Of a stretch of DNA of 38,544 bases, positions 16,915 through 25,660 are shown one piece after another. The DNA comes from an uncultured Elusimicrobium sp. (GTDB taxonomy: Bacteria; Elusimicrobiota; Elusimicrobia; Elusimicrobiales; Elusimicrobiaceae), in assembly GCA_900319325.1 (NCBI GenBank), contig ONOD01000001.1, forward strand, positions 1-38,544, given 5' to 3'. The notes below the pieces were generated by a model that saw nothing but the letters and a program-made list of their open reading frames with translations, searched no databases and was not told the DNA's origin. Each line of letters opens with the position of its first letter. Position 1 is the stretch's first letter. The position numbers were made by a program, and so were the translations under genes.

Positions 16915-19560
16915 TTACCTCATAAGTTCCGATAGAACTTTTACATAAGTGCTAGGCAAGCGGACATCTTCATAATTGATGATGCCGCAGCGGATGAGCA
17001 TAATCTCCAGCATGTGCGTGAGAATATCATAGAAATTTTCTCGCACGGAAGGATCGCAAGAGTTGGGTTGAGGGCCTAAAATGACCGCCCCCTTTAATTT
17101 TTTATTGTCGCAAAGGTTGGCAATTTTGAAGGCCGACGAGATAATGTTTTCCGTAGCGTACGAAGAACGAACCACAATCTCAAAACCACCTTCAATGCCT
17201 AGTTCCTTAGCGCGTTGGTCCAATGCATATACCATCCAATTCATCATTTCCGAACAATTTTGCGGATAGAAGAACCCAATGCGGCCCCACTCCCCATTGC
17301 CGGACATGTTTAAGGTAGTAATTTCAGCCGGATCTTTGCTTAAAAGAGCACTCGTGTTATCTTCTCCCGTTGTAGCAAGGAGCTTTTCAAAGATTTTAGC
17401 TTGTGATTTTTTCTCATCAGTTAGCCCGGGGAAAATTAAGTTTTCCAATACTTTTAAACGGCGAATACTGCGCGTAACCGTTCCCAACGTCATATGGGGG
17501 GAACCGAAGAACTCTTCAATTTGCTGGTCTGTGAGATCCACCCCGTTTTCAAAGAGCATCTTTTTAACAATGCGGAAATGAGTTGCCCCCGTGGCGGGTT
17601 TTAGCTCGCTGATCCAGCCGGAATCTAACTTAAATTGGATTAACTCTTCCAATTTTTCCAGGCTCTCCGGAGGATATTTGGAGGTAATAACGATTTGCTT
17701 TTGCTCCTGCAAAAAACTGTTAAGTAATTTGGAGATATAAGCACGGTTCTGCTCGTTGATGGCCAGCAAGTGTACGTCATCAATCAATAACGTCTGTACC
17801 GATTGCATGAATTTTTCAAATTTATCAATATTCCCTTCCATGACGTAGCGTTGTATTCCGCGCGAGAGGCGCACCCCGTTTGTCATGAAGATATGCTCTT
17901 GCCCAAATTTTTTGCTAAAAGCATAAGCCAACGCGTTCAAAAAATGCGTTTTTCCGGTACCTGTGCCGCCGTGTAATACCAAGGGGTTATATAATTTACC
18001 GGGGTTTTCAATCACAGAGATGGCTGTAGCATGGGCAAAACGATTTACCGACATTACCATATTGCTAAGTGTATAAGTCGGCACAAGAGGAACTTCCAAG
18101 GGCCAGTTGTGCTTTTTTAATTCGGAGGTAGGAATTTGAATAGAGTGGTCAATGCTCTTTTGCTTGGAAGCTGCATTATGAGTGGGCGCCACGGTGCTGC
18201 GTAAAGGCTTGGCAGCTGAATCCCCGGACATTTTTGAATTGCCGGGTGCCGCAGGTGTATTGCTTTTGCGGCGCAGGCGCAAAATTGTTTTATTAGCTTG
18301 CGGAACCTCCGGATTAGGCGGCGTAGGCCGCGGTTGTTTTTTAAGGCGCAGAATTGTTTTCATGTGAGGGGGCTCTTGCTCGGCTTCTGGTTGTTGTGTG
18401 AGCGGGGTCCCTTCGCGCAAAGAGCGCGTCTTTTCGTTTTGCCTTTTAATAAATTCTGTGTTAAAGGTCGTCTCTAAGTTGAAAGTTTTGTCTAACTTAT
18501 CAATTTGTTGACGTACTGTGATTTCGGGCAGATCTTCCAACGGTTGATCTGTTTGGGGGGGAACTGTGTCCTCCAAGAGGTGCTCTTCCTCCGGCAGTGC
18601 CTCTGACGAAAATTCGTCCATCATTGTTTTTGGCGGTTCTTGCGCAGCTCCCAATGTGAAAGGAGTGCTAGAGGCAGAAGCGTCCGTATCCGTATGGAGA
18701 ACGGCCGGGTTATTTTTGTCGTCATTTTGAGGAGGATTTGTATTGTTCATAAAATTAGTATCTTTCTTGGGAAGTCTATCCGTAATCGTTTTTACATCTT
18801 CCAAATCTATTATGCTGGTTTGGTCCTTAATTTCATGCTCAAACACATTGAAGGAAGTGGTGTTGGAAGGGCGAGCGTCTTTTATTTTTTTGTCTTTCTC
18901 TTCCTGCGTTTGTTGAACCTGTTGGGAATTCTGATTTACGTCCACAAACATATCATACTTTGTCTCGGCGGATAAAATATCTTCTATGGGCATTTTTTCC
19001 AAAACCGAGCCTTCCATATCTTTGATCAGCATATCATTATCGCTTATGGAAATGGTGCTGGGTTCTTGGGCATCGGGGGATATTGTTTTCTTTTGGACAC
19101 TTACCTCGCCTGAATCTTCCGCTGCGGAGCCGGAATCAGAGGCGGGTATAATGGTAGTTTTGTGAATCTCTAAATCGGGAGCTGTGTTCAAATTAACTTG
19201 TTTATTAGGAGCTGAAGAACCGGAGGCCGTATCACCAAATACGATATTGCCCGACGCTGTATTATTAAATAACGGGTCGCCCAAGTTTCCGCCGGGGACC
19301 AGTTTGTTTATTTGCTTGGTGCGTGCAACGGTTTCTTGTATAGCAACGCGGATTTTTTCGCGCGTGTTGTCATCCATGTCATTGGGTAATGAAAACGCAT
19401 GCGTAAACGGAGGGGTGGCTGCGTTTGCCTCTTGCACGTACCCCTTTAGTTTTTTGGCCATCAGACGAGCATCAGCTCCCGTTCCGTCCATGAGCAAAGT
19501 ATAGTGAACGGAACCTGTTTTCTTATCTATCCAGGTATTAATTTCCCAATTTTCAATCAT
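16915..19560 (-). CDS. Large DnaA-derived AAA+ protein with small N-domain, long low-complexity linker, DnaA domain III-like ATPase and a non-DnaA C-terminal domain
   Basis: [45 protein letters not shown] and [17 protein letters not shown] closely track DnaA domain IIIa. No domain IV signature (RQ.AMYL, RDHTTV). Confidence 0.85.
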   Translation of the reverse strand: MIENWEINTWIDKKTGSVHYTLLMDGTGADARLMAKKLKGYVQEANAATPPFTHAFSLPNDMDDNTREKIRVAIQETVARTKQINKLVPGGNLGDPLFNNTASGNIVFGDTASGSSAPNKQVNLNTAPDLEIHKTTIIPASDSGSAAEDSGEVSVQKKTISPDAQEPSTISISDNDMLIKDMEGSVLEKMPIEDILSAETKYDMFVDVNQNSQQVQQTQEEKDKKIKDARPSNTTSFNVFEHEIKDQTSIIDLEDVKTITDRLPKKDTNFMNNTNPPQNDDKNNPAVLHTDTDASASSTPFTLGAAQEPPKTMMDEFSSEALPEEEHLLEDTVPPQTDQPLEDLPEITVRQQIDKLDKTFNLETTFNTEFIKRQNEKTRSLREGTPLTQQPEAEQEPPHMKTILRLKKQPRPTPPNPEVPQANKTILRLRRKSNTPAAPGNSKMSGDSAAKPLRSTVAPTHNAASKQKSIDHSIQIPTSELKKHNWPLEVPLVPTYTLSNMVMSVNRFAHATAISVIENPGKLYNPLVLHGGTGTGKTHFLNALAYAFSKKFGQEHIFMTNGVRLSRGIQRYVMEGNIDKFEKFMQSVQTLLIDDVHLLAINEQNRAYISKLLNSFLQEQKQIVITSKYPPESLEKLEELIQFKLDSGWISELKPATGATHFRIVKKMLFENGVDLTDQQIEEFFGSPHMTLGTVTRSIRRLKVLENLIFPGLTDEKKSQAKIFEKLLATTGEDNTSALLSKDPAEITTLNMSGNGEWGRIGFFYPQNCSEMMNWMVYALDQRAKELGIEGGFEIVVRSSYATENIISSAFKIANLCDNKKLKGAVILGPQPNSCDPSVRENFYDILTHMLEIMLIRCGIINYEDVRLPSTYVKVLSELMR

Positions 19561-20201
19561 TTGTTTTCAACGATTTGTACCCCGCCGCTTGTACCGATAC
19601 GAGTGGCCCCCGCGGCAATCATGGCATCCGCATCTGCACGCGAGCGTACCCCACCGGATGCTTTTACTTGCATAGAAGCGGGAATCGCTTTGCGCATCAG
19701 TGCAACGTCTTGCACGGTGGCCCCGCCTCCGTTAAACCCTGTGGATGTTTTCACAAAGTCCGCGCCGGCTTTAGCAGCCAGTTCACATGCGGTTACTTTT
19801 TCTTCATCCGTTAATTGAGAGGTCTCAATAATTACTTTTAAAATATGTCCTCGGGTAACTTCTCGCACTGCCTGTATATCGGAGAGGACGGTCTGTGTGT
19901 CGCCCGATTTTAATGCGCCTATATTGATTACCATATCAACTTCGTCCGCCCCATTTTGAATGGCATCTTTGGCTTCAAAAGCTTTAGCGGCGGCCGTGCT
20001 GGCCCCCAAGGCAAACCCTACTACAGTGCACACTTTTACGTCGGTGCCTTGCAAGGCTTTTTTAGCATAAGAAACCCAATAAGGATTTACGCATACACTG
20101 CAAAATCCGTATTGACGAGCCTCGTCACACAAGTGCGCAATTTGCGCTTGGGTGGCGGTGGGTTTTAGAAGCGTGTGATCAATATATTTAGCAATATTCA
20201 T
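19557..20201 (-). CDS. deoC: Deoxyribose-phosphate aldolase
   Basis: [36 protein letters not shown] and RIGTS motifs. Confidence 0.97.
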   Translation of the reverse strand: MNIAKYIDHTLLKPTATQAQIAHLCDEARQYGFCSVCVNPYWVSYAKKALQGTDVKVCTVVGFALGASTAAAKAFEAKDAIQNGADEVDMVINIGALKSGDTQTVLSDIQAVREVTRGHILKVIIETSQLTDEEKVTACELAAKAGADFVKTSTGFNGGGATVQDVALMRKAIPASMQVKASGGVRSRADADAMIAAGATRIGTSGGVQIVENK

Positions 20202-20203
20202 AA

Positions 20204-20956
20204 TTAGTTAAAGTTAATAATACGGGCAAATTTTTCAGCGATGAGCGATTGGCCGCCTACTAAGGCACCATCTACATCGGGTTTGGCCATAATTTCATCT
20301 ACGTTGGTGTCTTTTACGCTACCGCCGTAAAGAATGCGGGTGGCCTGTGCAAAATCATTCCCGTAAGTTTTAATAAGTTGCGCGCGGATAGCGGCGTGTA
20401 CTTCTTGCGCTTGTTCCGGGGTCGCGGTCTTGCCGGTGCCGATGGCCCATACGGGTTCATAGGCTATTACCAAACCGTTTAATTGATCCGCGGTAAAACC
20501 TTTCAGTCCGTTTTCTAGTTGTGCAGCAATCACATCCAAAGTTTTATTGGCTTCGCGTTCTGCTAAAGTTTCACCTACGCAGAAAATGACCGTTAAGTTA
20601 TGACGCAAGGCAGCCGCTACTTTTTTATTTAAAATCTCGTCGGTGTCACCGAATACACTGCGGCGCTCACTGTGACCAATCAAAGTATGTGTAGCACCGG
20701 CGTCTTTGGCTTGCACCGGGGAGACGGCGCTTGTAAAAGCTCCCTTGTCTTCCCAATGCACATCTTGAGCGGCAATTTTAATTTCGCTTCCTTTGGCGGT
20801 ATTGGCGGCTGCCGCTAAAGCCGTGTAAGACGGAGCAAGAATGATTTCTACATTGTTTTTGTTGCCGGCTTGTTTAAGCGCGTTGACTAACGCGGTAGCC
20901 TCTGCAATAGTATTGTGCATTTTCCAGTTTCCGGCAATAATAGGTGTTCTAGACAT
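20204..20956 (-). CDS. tpiA: Triosephosphate isomerase
   Basis: [24 protein letters not shown] and YGGSV motifs. Start moved to the ATG at 20956, which follows an AAGGAAGGGG RBS. Confidence 0.98.
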   Translation of the reverse strand: MSRTPIIAGNWKMHNTIAEATALVNALKQAGNKNNVEIILAPSYTALAAAANTAKGSEIKIAAQDVHWEDKGAFTSAVSPVQAKDAGATHTLIGHSERRSVFGDTDEILNKKVAAALRHNLTVIFCVGETLAEREANKTLDVIAAQLENGLKGFTADQLNGLVIAYEPVWAIGTGKTATPEQAQEVHAAIRAQLIKTYGNDFAQATRILYGGSVKDTNVDEIMAKPDVDGALVGGQSLIAEKFARIINFN

Positions 20957-21018
20957 AGTATTCCCCTTCCTTAGTAAATATAAATAGGACTCCCGCAAAG
21001 CGGGATACTCTCTTCTAC

Positions 21019-21047
21019 ATAGTATCAAAAACGGGCAAGAAAGACAA
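21019..21047 (-). promoter_or_regulatory. Putative sigma70 promoter heading the tpiA...RDD run
   Basis: TTGTCT, 17-nt spacer ending in TGa, then TACTAT on the minus strand. Confidence 0.65.
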
Positions 21048-21129
21048 TATTCTTGTTGGATTTGCTGGGCCCTTAGGCCTTGGAAATACAGGACTAAATA
21101 CTCTAAATGTTTTTTAGGAAGCCAGTTTT

Positions 21130-22050
21130 TTAATCAAACCGTAACATATTGGTGTATTCTTTAAGGCGTTTGTTGATAATGGCCGGGGTTAGGCTGGCCA
21201 GCCGCGATACGCTAAACGATTCAATGGTAAACGAGGCCATCACGTTGCCGATCATCATCGCGCGTTTAATGGCGTGAATATTGTTCCAATTTTTGAGGCT
21301 TGCTAAATAACCTGTAAAACCGCCCCCGAAAGTGTCGCCAGCACCGGTGGTATCGTGCACATGTTCCAAAATATAGGGAGGTAATTGGGCGATTCCTTTG
21401 GCGCTAACAAGCATAGACCCATTAGAACCCAGTTTAATAATCACGTATTTAACCCCTTTGCCGAGTAGCCATTTGCCAGCCTGGATCAAGTTGTACATAC
21501 CGGTTAACAGGCGGGCTTCGTTTTCGTTCAAAAAGAGGACGTCAATTTGTTTGATGACTTTTAAGAGGGTTTCTTTTTTGGATGAAATCCAATAATTCAT
21601 TGTGTCACATGCCACCAAACGGGGATGTTTAACTTGTTTTAAAACAGAAAGTTGCAGTTCCGGGTCCATATTGGCTAAAAATACCGCCTTTGCGTTTTGC
21701 TGTTCCTTGGACAGAACCGGCTTAAAGTCTTTAAAAACGTTTAGATCGGTAAATTTGGTAAAAGCTGTATTGAAATCTGCGTCGTAGCTGCCGCCCCAAT
21801 GGAAAGTGAGCCCGTTTTTAACTTCTAAACCGGTCATATTTACGCCACGGTGTAGGAAAGGCTCCCGATATTCTTGTGTGAAATCGGTTCCCACTACGGC
21901 TACAATACCCGGTTGGGCAAAATAGCTGGCGCAAATGGAGGCATAGCTGGCGGCACCTCCAAGCACGCGTTCCGCACGCCCATTTGCATTTTCAATAGTG
22001 TCAAACGCAACGGAACCAATGACTAATACTTCGTTTTTATTCATACGCAT
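21130..22050 (-). CDS. PfkB/ribokinase-family carbohydrate or nucleoside kinase
   Basis: IGSVAFD, LGGAASY, NENEA and DTTGAGDTFGGGF motifs. Confidence 0.93.
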   Translation of the reverse strand: MRMNKNEVLVIGSVAFDTIENANGRAERVLGGAASYASICASYFAQPGIVAVVGTDFTQEYREPFLHRGVNMTGLEVKNGLTFHWGGSYDADFNTAFTKFTDLNVFKDFKPVLSKEQQNAKAVFLANMDPELQLSVLKQVKHPRLVACDTMNYWISSKKETLLKVIKQIDVLFLNENEARLLTGMYNLIQAGKWLLGKGVKYVIIKLGSNGSMLVSAKGIAQLPPYILEHVHDTTGAGDTFGGGFTGYLASLKNWNNIHAIKRAMMIGNVMASFTIESFSVSRLASLTPAIINKRLKEYTNMLRFD

Positions 22051-22728
22051 TTAGTCTAAGAAAGTTTGAATTTTGACGTTACTGTTAAAATCGTCCAAAA
22101 AAGCTTTCTGGGCGGTTTCCATTTTAGTATCCATTAATGCCACGGTAAAATCTGTTCGGTTGGCATCATAGTCCGTCAGATTGCCATGCTGTGTCTGATA
22201 GGCCCATTTTACTTCTTGCGGAGTTAACTTATAAAGGGAATACAGCGTCTGGCGAAAACGGTTGGCTAGTTTATCCCGGCGAAGTTGATTTTCAAATTCG
22301 GCTGGAGTAGTGTGCGCGGAAGAACGCAGAGCGTATTCGTATTGCGCTTTATCAAATTTGCCGTCCGGTGCAAACCAGGGGGAAGAATGGATATCGTACG
22401 CTACTTCATAATCAGCCACGTGCAGGCCTGCTTTTTGGGCGGCTTGGTTCAAAATTTCTTCGCTTACCATAGAAGATAAAACTTGTTGTTGTAAAAATTT
22501 AAGCATATCTTCATCTACTTCTATTCCTTGATTGCGTAGTTGGTTGGCTCGTTGATCTGCCAAGCGGTATAAATCGCGGGAGGAAATTGTTTGGCTGCCC
22601 ACTTGGGCTGCAGCTAAGCTGGAATTGCTGCGAGAGTAGGCACTTAAACCCAGGTACGCAATACTGCCCAGGAAAAAGACCAGTGTAATAATTAAAATAG
22701 ATTTTTTGTATTTAATAAAAAATGACAT
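22051..22728 (-). CDS. Membrane-anchored SurA-N/PpiD-N-like chaperone without a parvulin domain
   Basis: N-terminal TM; AAQVGSQTIS, EEILNQAAQKAGLHVAD.EV and F..DGKFDKAQY patterns typical of the PpiD N-terminus; 225 aa. Confidence 0.75.
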   Translation of the reverse strand: MSFFIKYKKSILIITLVFFLGSIAYLGLSAYSRSNSSLAAAQVGSQTISSRDLYRLADQRANQLRNQGIEVDEDMLKFLQQQVLSSMVSEEILNQAAQKAGLHVADYEVAYDIHSSPWFAPDGKFDKAQYEYALRSSAHTTPAEFENQLRRDKLANRFRQTLYSLYKLTPQEVKWAYQTQHGNLTDYDANRTDFTVALMDTKMETAQKAFLDDFNSNVKIQTFLD

Positions 22729-22744
22729 ATATTTTACTCCGTAA

Positions 22745-23125
22745 TTAGTTGTTTTCTACCGGCAATACGCCCGGTTTTTCGCCAATGGTACAATGACCAT
22801 CAATGCTGCTTCCTTCTTCCACAATCATTTTTTGCGCGCGGATGTCTCCGTGGATGGATGCCTTACCGAGCACTTCCAACATTTCGGCACACACATTCCC
22901 TTCAATGGTGCCGCCGCAAACTACGATTTCGGCCGTCACATCCCCGACAATCTTACCGCCATCTCCTATGATTACGTGGCGGGCATTATCCACCGATCCT
23001 TCCAACGTGCCATCTACCCGCAAGGAACCTTGCACATTGAGTGTTCCTTGAAAGTAGCATTCCGCACTTACTACGGAAAAATGTTCGCCTGAAGAGAAAT
23101 CAGAATCTTTTTTCAAAAACCCCAT
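22745..23125 (-). CDS. Bactofilin (polymer-forming cytoskeletal protein, CcmA family)
   Basis: Beta-helix repeats FQGTL..LRVDGTLEGSV..VIIGDGGKIVGDV..GTIEGNV..IHGDI..IDGHC. Confidence 0.93.
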   Translation of the reverse strand: MGFLKKDSDFSSGEHFSVVSAECYFQGTLNVQGSLRVDGTLEGSVDNARHVIIGDGGKIVGDVTAEIVVCGGTIEGNVCAEMLEVLGKASIHGDIRAQKMIVEEGSSIDGHCTIGEKPGVLPVENN

Positions 23126-23139
23126 GCTTTCCTCCTAAA

Positions 23140-24060
23140 TTATTTAAAATAGTTGCGCGGATTAACGGGTTGTCCGTCTTTCCACACTTCGTAGTGTAAA
23201 TGCGTTCCAGTAGAATGTCCACTAGAACCCATTGTAGCAATTTTGTCGCCCCGTTTGACTACATCTCCTGCTTTTACTTGAATCCCCGTCGTGTGCGCAT
23301 ACAGGGTTGAGTAGCCAAATCCATGATCTACCAAGATGGCTTGTCCAAAACTGGGTACCCATCCAGCATGACGCACCACCCCATCCGCTGTTACAAAAAT
23401 AGGGCTGTCCGGTTTCCCGGCGAAGTCTACCCCATTATGTTTTTTGGAGGAGCGCCGTCCAAACGGATCCAAGCGATATCCATAGCCCGAGCTAATCCGA
23501 GCATTTGACGGCCGAATAGAAGGTGTTGAGTTTAAGCCTTCTTTTTTGTTGGCAAAGTACCAGGCAATTTCTTGGAAGCTGGCTAAGCGCGCTTGAGCTG
23601 ATTCTTCCAAATCATCTACATATTTTGCAAAATCTTCCACTTCTAAATCTTTGAAGTCTGTTGCAAAAAGCTCTTTGGCATGTTGGTCGGCTTGCGCTTG
23701 AACCTCTGCGAGGCCCTTGGGAAGATTGACATTTTTGCTGCCGGGCATACCTAGCATTTGGCGCATTTGTGTATCGGTAGTACGGGTTAATTCTAAGTAT
23801 TTGCGGCCGCGTTCTAACTCGTCGGCAATAAGTTGCATTTTCATGCGCATGAAATTATTATCGGTTTTGATGATATTATAATCGTATCCGCGTATAAAAA
23901 ATAGCAAACCCGCTCCGGTAATTAATAACCAAGTGAGCGCTACCACAAACAATGTGATTCGGCGAAACTTAAACTTAAAGCTAGCTCCTTTGCGGGGCAT
24001 TACCAGGATGTCCACTCGTTCCCCTAAAAAACTAGCTAGAGTATTGATAAAATTGCTCAT
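23140..24060 (-). CDS. Membrane-anchored M23 (LytM) peptidoglycan endopeptidase with coiled coil
   Basis: TM helix, coiled coil, TPSIRP..ISSGYGYR.DPF, HNGVD (HxxxD), STGTHLHYEV (HxH). Confidence 0.95.
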   Translation of the reverse strand: MSNFINTLASFLGERVDILVMPRKGASFKFKFRRITLFVVALTWLLITGAGLLFFIRGYDYNIIKTDNNFMRMKMQLIADELERGRKYLELTRTTDTQMRQMLGMPGSKNVNLPKGLAEVQAQADQHAKELFATDFKDLEVEDFAKYVDDLEESAQARLASFQEIAWYFANKKEGLNSTPSIRPSNARISSGYGYRLDPFGRRSSKKHNGVDFAGKPDSPIFVTADGVVRHAGWVPSFGQAILVDHGFGYSTLYAHTTGIQVKAGDVVKRGDKIATMGSSGHSTGTHLHYEVWKDGQPVNPRNYFK

Positions 24061-24076
24061 CTTTTGTATTCTATCA
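24061..24076 (-). promoter_or_regulatory. Extended -10 promoter immediately before the M23 ATG; probable leaderless start
   Basis: TG-A-TAGAAT-ACAAAAG-ATG on the minus strand; no SD. Confidence 0.55.
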
Positions 24077-24115
24077 TATATAGACCTGCGAGGGAACTAT
24101 AATCAAGGAGAAAAT

Positions 24116-24601
24116 ATGAAAAAAATACTTATTTTGGTATGTGCTGTTTTGTTTGTAGCGGCTTGTTTCCCTAGGTTACCGGAAGTGGCTACGTTGAATT
24201 CGGGCCGCTTTCCTATGGTGACAGAACAAGAAGCGGTGTGGGATGTGGAAAATTATAAAGGAAAACCTGTATTGATTGTATTTATGGGATCTTGGTGCCC
24301 GTGGTGTAAAAAGACGATGCCGGCTGTAACCGCGTTACAGCAAAAGTATGCGGACAAGGTTGAAATTGTGGGTGCATTTTTAGATGAAAATATGGAGCCT
24401 GTGCTCAATGCCATGCAAGCCAACGGATTTACCGGCAAAGCCGTGTATGATGCCGGAGAGTTAGCCGAAGGGTTAGGAGTGAATGGCTTGCCCCATACTA
24501 TTTTGTTTAACAAGAAGCATCAAACGATTAAGGTATGGGAAGGTTACCGCCAAGACATGGAAGAAGTAGTCAGTGCCGAAATTGATAAATTGTTAAAATA
24601 G
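24116..24601 (+). CDS. TlpA/ResA-like thioredoxin-fold lipoprotein
   Basis: Start at 24116 after AAGGAG; VAAC lipobox; WCPWC active site; GLPHT cis-Pro loop. Confidence 0.88.
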   Translation: MKKILILVCAVLFVAACFPRLPEVATLNSGRFPMVTEQEAVWDVENYKGKPVLIVFMGSWCPWCKKTMPAVTALQQKYADKVEIVGAFLDENMEPVLNAMQANGFTGKAVYDAGELAEGLGVNGLPHTILFNKKHQTIKVWEGYRQDMEEVVSAEIDKLLK

Positions 24602-24616
24602 CAATTGTTTGTTTGG

Positions 24617-24651
24617 AAGTCCCCTCGTGGTTTGATGCGAGGGGATTTTTT
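24617..24651 (+). terminator. Terminator after the TlpA-like gene
   Basis: TCCCCTCG...CGAGGGGA hairpin followed by TTTTTT. Confidence 0.75.
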
Positions 24652-24668
24652 GATAGCAATCCCAAAAA

Positions 24669-24693
24669 TAAAAACCACCCTCTCGGGTGGTTT
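24669..24693 (-). terminator. Terminator after tRNA-Leu
   Basis: AAACCACCC-tctc-GGGTGGTTT inverted repeat with a T-tract on the minus strand. Confidence 0.75.
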
Positions 24694-24700
24694 CACATTT

Positions 24701-24784
24701 TACCGGGGAAGGGACTTGAACCCTTAAGCCCGTGCGGGCAATAGTTTTTGAGACTATCCTGTATACCAATTCCAGCACCCCGGC
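24701..24784 (-). tRNA. tRNA-Leu (anticodon CAA), CCA not encoded
   Basis: GCCGGGGTGCTGGAATTGGTATACAGG-ATAGT-CTCAAAA-ACTAT, long variable arm, GGGTTCAAGTCCC-TTCCCCGGTA; upstream TGgTATAAT. Confidence 0.95.
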
Positions 24785-24835
24785 TTAAATCGGATGTATT
24801 TATTATACCATATTTTAGGAGCATTTAGGGGAAAT

Positions 24836-25660
24836 TTAGATGGCCACCAAGCAAATATTTAATTTGTTTGCCATTTCAATTACTTTCTCTAAATCCATGA
24901 CTAGCGTTTTTTCTGCTTCGAAGGCTAAGATACCAAACCTGGCTTTATGCACGTGTTTAAGCGTGGTTTGGCCGATCACGGGCAGATCATAGCGATCGTC
25001 TTGATTGGGGCGTGCTACTTTTACTACGGCCACACACGAATCTTTTTCCGCGGACTTCTTATACAGTTCGCCGGCGCGTTCAATGCAACGGTCCGTACCC
25101 TCCATCCCTTCTACAGCGATGACCACTTGCTGGCTGACTACGCAGGTTAGGCCAATATCCAGGGCTGCCATTTGCTTAGCAATATGAAACCCATAATCAA
25201 TTGTTTTCTGTTCCTCTTCAGTAGGCTGGCGTTTTGATAAGACGCCTTTTTTGGGGAAAAATTCTTCCAAAAATAGTGCCGAATTCTGAAATTGGATCCC
25301 TTCTTTGGCGCACTCTTCAATTAAACGCGAAAGGATATGCTTGGCCTGCATATTTTTAAGCGAAGCCAAAAAGGCAATACCGCGTTTGTCGGGCATTAAA
25401 TTTGTGAAAATAGAAGTGTGTTGTACGCGCCCAGCCATGACCACCTTGGTGACAGCATTTTCTTTCAAAAAATCAAGGCCTGCCCCCATCTGCCCTAAGC
25501 GAATGGCTTTAAACTCTTTACAATAAGGTTTGTAATCTGCATAATGCGCATTCCCTTTGAGAGCGAGCACCACCACATCGTATCCGCGCTTGCAAGCGTT
25601 ACGGGCGATATAAATGGGCATGTCACCTTCGCCGGCAATGAGCCCTATGACTTTATTCAT
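24836..25660 (-). CDS. lpxI: UDP-2,3-diacylglucosamine diphosphatase LpxI
   Basis: IGLIAGEG.MP, LDIG, AVEGMEGTD.CI.RAG and QDDRYDLPVIG motifs; directly after lpxA. Confidence 0.92.
   Translation of the reverse strand: MNKVIGLIAGEGDMPIYIARNACKRGYDVVVLALKGNAHYADYKPYCKEFKAIRLGQMGAGLDFLKENAVTKVVMAGRVQHTSIFTNLMPDKRGIAFLASLKNMQAKHILSRLIEECAKEGIQFQNSALFLEEFFPKKGVLSKRQPTEEEQKTIDYGFHIAKQMAALDIGLTCVVSQQVVIAVEGMEGTDRCIERAGELYKKSAEKDSCVAVVKVARPNQDDRYDLPVIGQTTLKHVHKARFGILAFEAEKTLVMDLEKVIEMANKLNICLVAI

Noticed and set aside
16915-19560. Calling this gene dnaA and the region oriC
   Set aside because: No domain IV, key arginines altered, no dnaN/recF/gyrB neighbours and no intergenic DnaA-box cluster seen. 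The near-match TTATCCACC at about 22986 lies inside the bactofilin CDS.
20991-21006. Small hairpin TCCCGC-aaa-GCGGGA in the tpiA leader as a riboswitch or terminator
   Set aside because: Only 6 bp, no U-tract, and the leader is too short for a known aptamer; at most a 5' stabilising stem.
23933-24115. N-terminal extension of the TlpA-like ORF, and likewise the extensions of tpiA (to 21028), fabZ (to 26994) and tolB (from 3349)
   Set aside because: The extensions overlap neighbouring genes or promoters. Downstream ATGs give family-typical N-termini and, except for tolB, have clear RBSs.
24593-24778. 61-aa minus-strand ORF
   Set aside because: Overlaps tRNA-Leu and two terminators; spurious.
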